64,000 nt of DNA from an uncultured Actinomycetes bacterium (lineage in GTDB: Bacteria; Actinomycetota; UBA4738; HRBIN12): assembly GCA_964447335.1 (NCBI GenBank), contig CAYUSA010000010.1, positions 1,730-65,729 on the forward strand, in the 5' to 3' direction. This document shows, one piece after another, positions 19,941-29,067 of the stretch (the first letter of the stretch is position 1; every line of letters starts with the position of its first letter). A model generated the notes under the pieces. That model had not been told where the DNA came from, made no database searches, and saw nothing but the letters and a program-made list of their open reading frames with translations. The translations under genes and the position numbers were made by a program.

Positions 19941-20894
19941 ATGCAGTCGCTGGAACGCCTGGTCGATCTGGTCGCCCTGCTGCTCGATGCGCACCGGCCG
20001 CTCACCTTCGAGGACCTCCGCGAGCGGATGCCGGAGGCCTACGAGCAGGACGATCTCGATACGGCCAAGCGCATGTTCGAGCGCGACAAGGGCATCCTGC
20101 GCGACATCGGCGTGCCGATCGAGGTGGTCCCGCTCGACGCGTGGGACACCGAGCACGGCTACGAGATCGCGAAGGACGCGTACTACCTCCCCGAGATCGC
20201 GTTCACGCCCGAGGAGATCTCGGCGCTGTTCGTGGCCGCTCGGGGCGGGCGAGAGGGCTCCGCGGCCGAGGAGGCCGTGCGCAAGCTGCTGTACGGCAGC
20301 GAGGGCGGCATCCTCGCCGGGGCCGGGGGGTTCGCGCTCACGACCGACGTAGCCGGGGACGCGTGCCTCACCGCCGCCGCCGAGGCCGTCGCCGAGCAGC
20401 GGAGCGTCCGTTTCACCTACCGGACCTCGCGCGGCTCGCAGGCGGAGCGGCACGTCGATGCCTACGGTTTGGCCGTGCGCGGCGGTCACTGGTACGTCGT
20501 CGGTCTGGACCGCGACCGCGAGGAGATCCGCTCGTTCCGCCTGTCACGCGTGGCCTCCGAGTTCGCCGACGAGGGGCCCGGGAGCGCCCCGCCCGAGGGC
20601 TTCCGCGCCGCCGAGCACGTCGAGGTCGGCCCCTGGGGCCCCGGCGAGCCCAAGGAGCGCGCCCGGGTCGCCTTCTCGCCCGACGTGGCCTGGTGGGCGA
20701 CGAAGGACGTCCGAGGTGCCGAGACCCTCACCGAACGCGAGGGTGGCTGGGTCGAGGTCGCCCTGCCGGCCGGCCCGGGGGACGGGCTCGCCTCGTGGAT
20801 CTTGTCCTTCGGCCCCGACGCGGTGGTGCTCGAGCCCGAAGACCTCCGCGCGGAGGTCGTGCGCCGGCTGGAGGCGACCCTTGCCGCCGGCTGA
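19941..20894 (+). CDS. pafB: WYL-domain transcriptional regulator PafB
   Basis: ERLVDLVALL, KRMFERDK..LRDIGVPI, GHWYVVGLD, RSFRLSR. Confidence 0.9.
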   Translation: MQSLERLVDLVALLLDAHRPLTFEDLRERMPEAYEQDDLDTAKRMFERDKGILRDIGVPIEVVPLDAWDTEHGYEIAKDAYYLPEIAFTPEEISALFVAARGGREGSAAEEAVRKLLYGSEGGILAGAGGFALTTDVAGDACLTAAAEAVAEQRSVRFTYRTSRGSQAERHVDAYGLAVRGGHWYVVGLDRDREEIRSFRLSRVASEFADEGPGSAPPEGFRAAEHVEVGPWGPGEPKERARVAFSPDVAWWATKDVRGAETLTEREGGWVEVALPAGPGDGLASWILSFGPDAVVLEPEDLRAEVVRRLEATLAAG

Positions 20895-21852
20895 GCGCAA
20901 GAGGGCCCCGAAGGCCTCCGAGCGCCTGCGCCGGCTGCTCGTCGTCGTGCCCTATCTCGTGCAGCATCCGGGCTCGGAGCTCGCGGAGGTCTCGCGCCTG
21001 TTCGGCGCACCCGAGGAGGAGCTCCTCGCAGACCTGCAGCTGCTCTTCGTGTCCGGCCTCCCGCCCTACGGGCCGGGCGATCTCATCGACGTCGAGGTCC
21101 AAGATGCAAGGGTCTGGATCCGGATGGCCGACTACTTCGCGCGCCCGCTGCGGCTGACTCGGGGCGAAGCGCTCGCGCTGTACCTGCGGGGACGCGCGCT
21201 CGCGGCGATGCCCGACGTCCCCGAGGCTCCTGCACTCGACTCGGCCCTGGCCAAGCTCGAGGCCGGGCTCGGCCCCGAGACGCTCGGGGAGCTCCCGCAG
21301 CGGGTCGAGGCCGCCGGGGGCGGCCGGGCGGCCGAGACGCTCGAAGCGCTCCGCGGGGCCGCCATCGCGCACGACCGTGTCCGTGTCGAGTACTACGCGG
21401 CGTCCTCGGCCGAGACCACCGAGCGCGAGATCGACCCGGAGGCCGTCTTCCACGCGGTCGGGAACTGGTACGTCGTCGCGTGGGACCACCGCTCCGGCGA
21501 GGAGCGACTCTTCCGCGCCGATCGCGTACGGACGGTGGAAGCGACGGGGGAGCGGTTCGAGCCCCGCGGTCTCGAGGGAGCCGGGCGGCCGCTCTACACG
21601 CAGGGTCCGGGCGACGCGGAGGTCCGCCTGCTCCTGCACCCGGATGCCCGATGGGTCGCCGAGTACTACGAGACGGTGCAGGAGCTCGAACAGGATGGCG
21701 GGAACCTCGAGGTGACCCTGCCCGCAGGACGCCTGGAATGGGCGGAGCGACTGGTCCTGCGGCTCTCCGGGACGGCCGAAGTGCTTGGCCCGACCGAGCT
21801 GAAAGACCGGGTCCGCGCGCTCGCGGGCAGGACTCGAGAACTATACCGATAG
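20881..21852 (+). CDS. pafC: WYL-domain transcriptional regulator PafC
   Basis: ERLRRLLVVVPYL, GLPPYGPGDLID, GNWYVVAWDH, RLFRADRV; TTG start inferred. Confidence 0.88.
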   Translation: MPPAERKRAPKASERLRRLLVVVPYLVQHPGSELAEVSRLFGAPEEELLADLQLLFVSGLPPYGPGDLIDVEVQDARVWIRMADYFARPLRLTRGEALALYLRGRALAAMPDVPEAPALDSALAKLEAGLGPETLGELPQRVEAAGGGRAAETLEALRGAAIAHDRVRVEYYAASSAETTEREIDPEAVFHAVGNWYVVAWDHRSGEERLFRADRVRTVEATGERFEPRGLEGAGRPLYTQGPGDAEVRLLLHPDARWVAEYYETVQELEQDGGNLEVTLPAGRLEWAERLVLRLSGTAEVLGPTELKDRVRALAGRTRELYR

Positions 21853-21916
21853 GGTAGTCCCCTCCGCGCCGGCGAACCTCAAGCGCCCGACAGGCACCGC
21901 CGATACTGCGGGTGAC

Positions 21917-22273
21917 ATGACGACCATCCGGACGACGTGCCCCCGCTGCGGGGAAGTGGATATGGGACCCGAGTCCATCCTCCTGCAGGTCATCTCGGGT
22001 GGTCGGGAGGGGACCTACCGGTTCACCTGCCCCACCTGCATGGACGACGTGGAGAAGCGGGCCGACCGCAAGATCGTCGCCCTGCTCGTCTCGGCGGGCG
22101 TCGACGTCGCGAGCCGCGGCGGCCTCAGCACCGAGACGATGTTCGACCAGGAGGTCCTCGACCCGGGGCCCCCGATGCCCGGGGCTCCCGCCTTCACGGT
22201 GGACGACCTCATCGACTTCCACTACCGCCTCCAGGACGACGCCTACATCCAGGAGTTCCTGGCCAAGCAGTAG
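21917..22273 (+). CDS. Hypothetical Zn-ribbon protein (2x CxxC)
   Basis: CPRC..CPTC; GC-biased codon usage. Confidence 0.75.
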   Translation: MTTIRTTCPRCGEVDMGPESILLQVISGGREGTYRFTCPTCMDDVEKRADRKIVALLVSAGVDVASRGGLSTETMFDQEVLDPGPPMPGAPAFTVDDLIDFHYRLQDDAYIQEFLAKQ

Positions 22274-22298
22274 GCCCGGCATCCGCTACGATGCCGCC

Positions 22299-22532
22299 AT
22301 GTCCGCCCCCACGCTCCTCGCGGCATCGACGACCGCCGTCGTGTGGCTCGTCGTCGGGCTCGTCTCCACCGCCGCGCTCATCGCGATGCTCGTCGCGCTC
22401 GTGCGTCACGTGCTCGTGATCGGCCGCGCGATCGGCCGGTTCCAGGAGGAGATCACGCCGATCGCGGACGAGATCTCGGCCGCCTCGCCCTCGGTTCCGC
22501 GCCCAGGCACGAGCGGCCCCCGGCGCCGCTGA
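22299..22532 (+). CDS. Small single-TM hypothetical protein
   Basis: Hydrophobic N-terminal segment; TACGAT -10 lies 6 nt before the ATG. Confidence 0.6.
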   Translation: MSAPTLLAASTTAVVWLVVGLVSTAALIAMLVALVRHVLVIGRAIGRFQEEITPIADEISAASPSVPRPGTSGPRRR

Positions 22533-22596
22533 GCTCGCCGTCCCGAGAGGGTCGGGCGGTAGAATCCCCTCTGCATCCCCGACCCGCCGAGGCGTG

Positions 22597-23148
22597 ATGT
22601 TCAACATCGGACCCCAGGAGCTGCTGCTCATCCTGCTGGTGGCGCTCGTCATCGTGGGGCCGAAGCGGCTCCCGGAGCTCAGCCGGACGATCGGCCGGGG
22701 CCTGCGCGAGTTCCGCAAGGCCCAGGACGACGTGAAGCGAACCATCCGCCTGGGCCTCGACGACGCGGAGCCGGTCACCCCGAGCTCCGCACGCGGGGCC
22801 GCCGCCGTGGGGACGGCCGCCGCCGCGGGGGCCGAGACCGCCGAGACCGCCGCCGGAGGGCAGGCGACCGACGCCGAGGCCAGCGCGGCCGACGACGCGG
22901 CCGACATCGCCCGAACGCTCGGCCGAGGGCTCGCCGAGATCCGTCGGGCACGGCAGGAGATCCAGCGCACCTTCCGCGTGGACCTCTCCGATCGCCCGGC
23001 CCCGAAGCCTCGACCGGCGCCCGCCCGCCCCGTCCTCCCAGAGTCCGCGAGCGAGTCCGCGCCCGCCGAACCCGCGCCTCCCGCCGCTTCCGAACCCGCG
23101 GCCGCCGCCGCGGAGCCCGAGCAGCCCGCCGGCCCGGCGCCCGAGTAG
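22597..23148 (+). CDS. TatA/TatB-family translocase subunit
   Basis: FNIGPQELLLILLVALVIVGPKRLPEL.RTIGRGLREFRK; upstream of tatC. Confidence 0.9.
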   Translation: MFNIGPQELLLILLVALVIVGPKRLPELSRTIGRGLREFRKAQDDVKRTIRLGLDDAEPVTPSSARGAAAVGTAAAAGAETAETAAGGQATDAEASAADDAADIARTLGRGLAEIRRARQEIQRTFRVDLSDRPAPKPRPAPARPVLPESASESAPAEPAPPAASEPAAAAAEPEQPAGPAPE

Positions 23149-23161
23149 CGGGACGACCTGC

Positions 23162-23941
23162 ATGCCGCTCATCCCCGAACGCTTCCGGCGCCGTGAGCGC
23201 GACGTCGAGGGCACGATGAGCCTCGTCGAGCACCTCGAGGAGCTCCGCCACCGGCTCGTCGTCTCGATGTTGGCGATCACCGCCGGGTCGTTCGTCGGGT
23301 GGTTCCTGTACGACGCGGTGGTCAGGCTGCTCCTGGACCCCTACTGCAACTACTGGCGCACCGTGCCCGCCGACGTGCGCCCGACGAAGGAGTGCACGCT
23401 CTTCTTCATGGGCGCGGTGGACCCCGTGCTCATCAAGCTGAAAGTGGTCGTGTTCCTCGGGCTCTTCATCGCGCTGCCGGTGGTCCTGTGGCAGCTCTGG
23501 CGGTTCGTCGTGCCGGGGCTCACGAAGCGCGAGAAGCGGCTCGCGGTGCCGTTCGTCGGGAGCTCGGTGCTGCTGTTCGCCCTCGGCGCGCTGCTCGCCT
23601 ACGTGACGCTGCCGAAGGCCCTCAGCTTCCTGCTCGGCTTCGCCGGCCCGGAGTTCGTGCCGCTGCTCACCGGCGACCGGTTCCTCAGCTTCGTGATGCT
23701 GGTCACGCTCGCGTTCGGCCTGTCGTTCGAGTTCCCGATCGTGCTGATCTTCTTGTCGGTCGTCGGCATGGTGACCTCCCGACAGCTCCGAACGTGGCGG
23801 CGCTGGGCGATCCTCGGGATCTCGATCTTCGCCGCCTTCATCACGCCGAGCGCCGACCCGTACACGATGCTCGCGATGATGCTGCCCATGATGCTGTTCT
23901 ACGAGGCCGCTATCATCGTGGCCCGAGTCCTCGGCAAGTAA
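23162..23941 (+). CDS. tatC: Twin-arginine translocase subunit TatC
   Basis: MSLVEHLEELRHRL, PGLTKREKR, FGLSFEFP, TPSADP. Confidence 0.95.
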   Translation: MPLIPERFRRRERDVEGTMSLVEHLEELRHRLVVSMLAITAGSFVGWFLYDAVVRLLLDPYCNYWRTVPADVRPTKECTLFFMGAVDPVLIKLKVVVFLGLFIALPVVLWQLWRFVVPGLTKREKRLAVPFVGSSVLLFALGALLAYVTLPKALSFLLGFAGPEFVPLLTGDRFLSFVMLVTLAFGLSFEFPIVLIFLSVVGMVTSRQLRTWRRWAILGISIFAAFITPSADPYTMLAMMLPMMLFYEAAIIVARVLGK

Positions 23942-23950
23942 GGATCACGG

Positions 23951-24676
23951 ATGGCCATCAAGGGCAAGAGCAAGCCGAAGGGGAGCGCGAAGACCGTCAC
24001 GCGGGGGCCCAAGCCCGCATACGTGCCGGTGCACAAGCCTCTCATGCAGCGCCGGGCGTTCTGGTGGACGATCCTCGGCATCGTGGTCGTCGCCGCGATC
24101 CTCGGGATCTGGTACGGCCTGGCCAAGCAGAAGGCCGCCGATCGGGAGGACGCGCTCGCCAAGCGGCTGGCCACCTCGGCCACGCAGCTCCAGCAGGCCG
24201 TGGATCCGATCCTGGCCGGCGTCGGGCAGGCCTTGCCGCCGAGCTCCTTCGAGACATTCGCGGGCCTGCACGGCGCGTTGAACGGCTTCGTGGACGGGAC
24301 GACCAAGGCCGCGGACCTCGACACCGCGGCGGCCGCGACCGCCGACGCCGCCCACACCGCCGCGACCGACCTCGATGCCGTGGACGCGGTCGGCATGGTG
24401 GCCGGCAAGGGGTTCGAGACCACCTTCGTCAACTACGTGTTGAACGCACAGAGCCGGATGGTGCAGGCGCTCAAGCTCTACCGGCAGTCGGGGCTCCTCG
24501 CGGCCGACGCGGCCGCGGCGCGCGACGAGCAGGCGGTCGAGCTCGCCTCGCGCGCCCGCGAGGTCGCGGACCTCGCGAAGGAGCTGTTCGCCGACGGCTA
24601 CCAGGACTACATCGAGGCGCAGTTCGCCGCCGGCATCTACCAGGCCCAGGTCCCGACGGGTGTGAGCGGGGCGTGA
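23951..24676 (+). CDS. Hypothetical membrane-anchored protein
   Basis: Basic N-terminus, one TM, helical extracytoplasmic region. Confidence 0.7.
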   Translation: MAIKGKSKPKGSAKTVTRGPKPAYVPVHKPLMQRRAFWWTILGIVVVAAILGIWYGLAKQKAADREDALAKRLATSATQLQQAVDPILAGVGQALPPSSFETFAGLHGALNGFVDGTTKAADLDTAAAATADAAHTAATDLDAVDAVGMVAGKGFETTFVNYVLNAQSRMVQALKLYRQSGLLAADAAAARDEQAVELASRAREVADLAKELFADGYQDYIEAQFAAGIYQAQVPTGVSGA

Positions 24677-25407
24677 CCGAGGGTCTCCTCCTGCTCCACG
24701 CGTGGCCGCTCGACGCCCGCATGTGGGCACCCCAGCTCCAGGTGCTTCCGGCGGGACTCGCGGTCGTCGCCCCGAGCCATCCCGGGTTCGGGGGGACTCC
24801 GGGTGCGGGGGACGTCATGACGATGGGCTCGGCAGCCGAGCGGGCCCTGGCGGCCCTCGACGAGGCCGGCATCGACCGCGCCGTCGTGTGCGGGCTGTCG
24901 ATCGGCGGCTACGTGACGTTCGAGCTGTGGCGCCGGGCCCGGGATCGGTTCCTCGGGATGGTGCTGGCGAACACGCGGGCCGTCGCCGACACGCCGGAGG
25001 CCGTCGAGGGCAGGCGAGCGCTCGCCGCCCGGTTGCGGAGCGAGGGCAACGTGCTCGCGGCGCAGCCGCCGGCGCTGCTCGCGCCCGACGCGCCCCTCGA
25101 GCTCACCGCGCGCGTGCGCGAGCTCATCGAAGACCAACCGGCCGCGTCGATCGCGGCAGCGGTGCTCGGCATGGCCGAGCGCCCGGATTCGACCCCGGAT
25201 CTCGCGAGCATCGACGTACCGACGCTGGTGATCACCTCCACGGCGGACCAGCTCATCGCGGCCGAGGCGTCGGCGGCGATGGCGGCGCAGATCCCCGGCG
25301 CCCGGTTGGAGATCATCGAGGGCGTCGGCCACCTCACGAACCTCGAGGCGCCGGCGACGTTCGACCGGCTGCTCGCCGAGCACCTCGAGACCTGCGGGCT
25401 CGGCTGA
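24673..25407 (+). CDS. Alpha/beta-fold hydrolase
   Basis: LLLHAWP, GLSIGG nucleophile elbow, GVGHLTNLE; GTG start. Confidence 0.88.
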   Translation: MTEGLLLLHAWPLDARMWAPQLQVLPAGLAVVAPSHPGFGGTPGAGDVMTMGSAAERALAALDEAGIDRAVVCGLSIGGYVTFELWRRARDRFLGMVLANTRAVADTPEAVEGRRALAARLRSEGNVLAAQPPALLAPDAPLELTARVRELIEDQPAASIAAAVLGMAERPDSTPDLASIDVPTLVITSTADQLIAAEASAAMAAQIPGARLEIIEGVGHLTNLEAPATFDRLLAEHLETCGLG

Positions 25408-25450
25408 GCCGGCGTCCGGGCTCCGCGGGCGCCGCCCGTAGACTGACCCG

Positions 25451-28105
25451 GTGACCGATCCCTCCCGCTTCTCGGCGCGCTACCCGTTCGCGCTGGACGA
25501 CTACCAGACCCAGGCGATCGGGGCGTTGCACGCCGGCGAGTCGGTGCTGGTGGCCGCGCCGACCGGCGCCGGGAAGACCGTCGTCGCCGAGTACGCCATC
25601 GAGCGCGCCCTGGACGCCGGCGGGAAGTGCTTCTACACCACCCCGCTCAAGGCGCTGTCGAACCAGAAGTTCGGTGACTTCGTCGCTCGGCTCGGCGCGG
25701 CGAAGGTCGGCCTGCTGACGGGGGACAACTCGATCAACTCGGAGGCGCCCGTCGTCGTCATGACCACCGAGGTGCTCCGCAACATGCTCTACGAGAAGAG
25801 CAGAACCCTCGAGGGTCTCGTCTCGGTCGTGATGGACGAGGTCCACTACCTGCAGGACCCCTACCGAGGGGGCGTCTGGGAGGAGGTCCTCATCCACCTG
25901 CCGCTCTCGGTCTCGGTCGTGTGCCTGTCGGCCACGATCTCCAACGCCGAGGAGTTCGGGGAGTGGATCGGGACGCTCCGAGGGCCCACGCGGGTCGTGA
26001 TCGAGGAGAAGCGACCCGTTCCGCTCGAGCACCACTACCTGATCGGCCACGACCTACACCCGATGCACGTCGATCAGGACGGCGGGCTCATCCCGAACCC
26101 GTACGTCGTGTCGCTCGATCGCGAGGAGGTCCGGTACAAGACCTACTACCGACGGGGCTCGGGGACGGCGCAGCACCAGCGGATCCCACGCCCTCGCGAG
26201 GGCCATCGGCGCGTGTACGTTCCGAAGCGCGAGGAGGTCGTCGACGTCCTCGCCGACGCCGGCATGCTCCCGGCGATCTACTTCGTCTTCAGTCGCGCGG
26301 GGTGCGACCGCAGCGTCGCGTGGCTGATGGGCTCGGGCGTGCGCCTCACGACGCCCGCCGAGGCCGAGCGGATCCGCGACTTCACGGAGATGCGGGCAGC
26401 CTGGATGGACGAGGAGGACCTGCGCACGCTCGGCTTCTACGACTTCGCCGATGCCCTCGCAGCCGGGATCTCGGCGCACCACGCCGGGATGCTCCCGGTC
26501 TTCAAGGAGACGGTTGAGGAGCTGTTCGAGGCTGGGCTCGTGAAGATCGTGTTCGCGACCGAGACGCTCAGCCTCGGCATCAACATGCCGGCGAAGTCGG
26601 TCGTTATCGAGGACCTGTGGAAGTTCCAGGGCGAGCGGCACGAGATCCTCACGCCCGGCGAGTACACGCAGCTCACCGGGCGCGCGGGGCGACGGGGGAT
26701 CGACGAGCTCGGGCACGCGATCGTGGTGTATCAGCGGCAGGTGCCGTTCGAGCGCGTGGCCTCGCTCGCGTCGACACGGACGTACGAGCTCACGTCGTCC
26801 TTCCGACCCTCGTACAACATGGCGGTGAACCTGGTGCGCAACTACACGCGCGAGCAGGCCCACCACCTGCTGAACTCCTCGTTCGCGCAGTTCCTCGCCG
26901 ACCGCGGCGTCGTGAGCCTGGAGCGCCAGCTCGAGCGCGACCGGGCGTACCTGTCCGGGTACCGCGACCAGATGCGGTGTCACCTGGGCGACTTCACCCA
27001 GTACTGGCGGCTCCGCGAGAAGGCCGACCAGGTTCGCGAGGAAGCGCGCAAGGGCCGCGAGCGCGCCCGCGGCGATGCCGTCCGCGACGCGCTCGTCGCG
27101 CTGCGCCCCGGCGACGTCATCTTCGTCCCACGGGCCAAGCGCCGCGGCCTCGCCGTCGTGCTCTCGAGCCGTGAGGGGCGGCCGACCGTGGTCGCGCAGG
27201 ACCGCAAGTTCTTCCGCCTGTCGGCGCGCGATTTCGAGGAGCCACCGGTCGTGCTGACGAAGGTGCCCCTTCCTCGAGCCGGGAGCGCGCGGAGCGCCCG
27301 GTACCGCCGCGACCTCGCCGCTCGGCTCGTGGCGCTCGACGTCCGGGCGCCGCGGAAGGCACGGAACGGGCTCGACCCGAAGGCGGAGCGCGAAGCCGCC
27401 CGGTACGAGCGCCAGGCGCAGGAGCATCCATGCCACGCCTGCCCCGAGCGCGCGACCCACGAGCGCTGGGCCGCCCGCGCGAGCCAGCTGGACCATCAGA
27501 TCCGCGGGGTCGACCGGCGGATCCGCACGCGGACCGAGACCCTCGCTCGGCAGTTCGACCGCGTCCTGTCGGTGCTCGAGGAGCTCGGCTACGTACGGGG
27601 CTTCACCATCGCGCCGAAGGGCGAGGTCCTCGCACGGATCTACGGGGAGGGCGACGTGCTCGTCGCCGAGGCGATCCAGGACGGGCTCCTGCAGGACCTG
27701 TCGCCCGCCGAGGCGGCCGCGCTCGTCTCCACCGTGGTGTACGAGTCGCGCGAGCGCGTCCCCCGTGAGGGCGCGATGCCGACGGCTGAAGTCGCGGCGC
27801 GGTACCGACGGCTCTCGAGCATGTGGAACACGATCCGCCGCGCCGAGGACGCCCAGCACGTGGAGCTCTGCCGAGAGCTCGAGGACGGGTTCGCGACGCC
27901 CGTGTTCCATTGGGCCGAGGGCAAACCCCTGGAAGACGTGCTCCGCGAGACGACGATGGCCCCCGGCGATTTCGTCCGCAACTGCAAACAGCTCCTGGAT
28001 CTCCTGCGCCAGATCGCGGAGGTGGCTCCCGAGCCCACCGCCGGCGTCGCTCGACGGGCCGGCGACGCCGTGAACCGCGGGGTCGTCGCCTACACCGGCG
28101 TCTGA
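25451..28105 (+). CDS. helY: Ski2-like DEAH-box RNA helicase HelY
   Basis: APTGAGKT, PLKALSNQK, DEVH, ATETLSLGINMPA, QLTGRAGRRG, DSHCT-like tail. Confidence 0.93.
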   Translation: MTDPSRFSARYPFALDDYQTQAIGALHAGESVLVAAPTGAGKTVVAEYAIERALDAGGKCFYTTPLKALSNQKFGDFVARLGAAKVGLLTGDNSINSEAPVVVMTTEVLRNMLYEKSRTLEGLVSVVMDEVHYLQDPYRGGVWEEVLIHLPLSVSVVCLSATISNAEEFGEWIGTLRGPTRVVIEEKRPVPLEHHYLIGHDLHPMHVDQDGGLIPNPYVVSLDREEVRYKTYYRRGSGTAQHQRIPRPREGHRRVYVPKREEVVDVLADAGMLPAIYFVFSRAGCDRSVAWLMGSGVRLTTPAEAERIRDFTEMRAAWMDEEDLRTLGFYDFADALAAGISAHHAGMLPVFKETVEELFEAGLVKIVFATETLSLGINMPAKSVVIEDLWKFQGERHEILTPGEYTQLTGRAGRRGIDELGHAIVVYQRQVPFERVASLASTRTYELTSSFRPSYNMAVNLVRNYTREQAHHLLNSSFAQFLADRGVVSLERQLERDRAYLSGYRDQMRCHLGDFTQYWRLREKADQVREEARKGRERARGDAVRDALVALRPGDVIFVPRAKRRGLAVVLSSREGRPTVVAQDRKFFRLSARDFEEPPVVLTKVPLPRAGSARSARYRRDLAARLVALDVRAPRKARNGLDPKAEREAARYERQAQEHPCHACPERATHERWAARASQLDHQIRGVDRRIRTRTETLARQFDRVLSVLEELGYVRGFTIAPKGEVLARIYGEGDVLVAEAIQDGLLQDLSPAEAAALVSTVVYESRERVPREGAMPTAEVAARYRRLSSMWNTIRRAEDAQHVELCRELEDGFATPVFHWAEGKPLEDVLRETTMAPGDFVRNCKQLLDLLRQIAEVAPEPTAGVARRAGDAVNRGVVAYTGV

Positions 28106-28137
28106 GCCGGAGGGCCTCGAGCGGTAGGATGCCCGCC

Positions 28138-29067
28138 ATGTCGAGCCCGTACGGCCCCCTGACGGTCATCGTGAATCCCCACGCCGGGAAACGCCGTGTG
28201 GGGGAGGAGGTCCCCGAGCTCGAGCGGACCCTGCGGGCCCGCGACCTGGAGTACACGCTCCTGCGCACCGAGGGACGCGGCGATGCCACGCGCTTCGCGC
28301 GCGAGACCCTCGAGACGGGTGGCCGGTTCATCGTGGCGGTCGGGGGGGACGGGACCGTGCACGAGGTCGTGAACGGGATGATGGGAGCCGACGGAGCCGC
28401 GATCGCACCGGACGCGGTGCTCGGGGTCGTCGCCGCGGGCTCGGGGTGCGACTTCATCCGCACCTTCGGGCTGCCGGGCGACGCGAGCCGGGCCTGCTAC
28501 CACCTGACGGGCGACAACACGTACCCGCTCGACGTCGGGAAGATCACGTACACCACCGTCTCGGGCGAGACCGACGTCCGCTACTTCGTGAACGTCGCCG
28601 AGGCCGGCCTCGGCGGCGCGGTGGCCTCTCGCGCGGCACGCATGTCGCCCCGGCTCGGGCAGTCGAAGTACTTCTTCGGGTTCTGGCTCACGTTGCCGCG
28701 CTTCAAGCTCGCGACGGTGCGCGTGCAGGCGGACCGTCGGACCTACGAGGGTCCCGCGTACCTCGTCGTCGTCGGCAACGCGCAGTACTACGGCGGCGGC
28801 ATGAAGATCTCGCCGCGCTCGTACCCGGGCGACGGGGTGCTCGATGTCCTCGTCTTCAAGGGCCCGAAGACCGACTCGTTCACGCTCCTGCCAAAGATCT
28901 ACCGGGGTGAACACCTCCCGAACGATCACATCGAGGAGCTCCGCGTGAAGCAGGCCCTCACGATCGAGGCCGACCGCCCGCTGCCGATCGAGGCCGACGG
29001 CGAGGTGCTCGGCTCGACGAGCGCGACCGTGGATGTGGTGCCCCAGGCGATCAGGATGAAGCTGTGA
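28138..29067 (+). CDS. Diacylglycerol/lipid kinase family protein (YegS/DagK-like)
   Basis: VNPHAG, GGDGTVHEVVNG, GSGCDF, GNAQYYGGG, EADGE. Confidence 0.9.
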   Translation: MSSPYGPLTVIVNPHAGKRRVGEEVPELERTLRARDLEYTLLRTEGRGDATRFARETLETGGRFIVAVGGDGTVHEVVNGMMGADGAAIAPDAVLGVVAAGSGCDFIRTFGLPGDASRACYHLTGDNTYPLDVGKITYTTVSGETDVRYFVNVAEAGLGGAVASRAARMSPRLGQSKYFFGFWLTLPRFKLATVRVQADRRTYEGPAYLVVVGNAQYYGGGMKISPRSYPGDGVLDVLVFKGPKTDSFTLLPKIYRGEHLPNDHIEELRVKQALTIEADRPLPIEADGEVLGSTSATVDVVPQAIRMKL

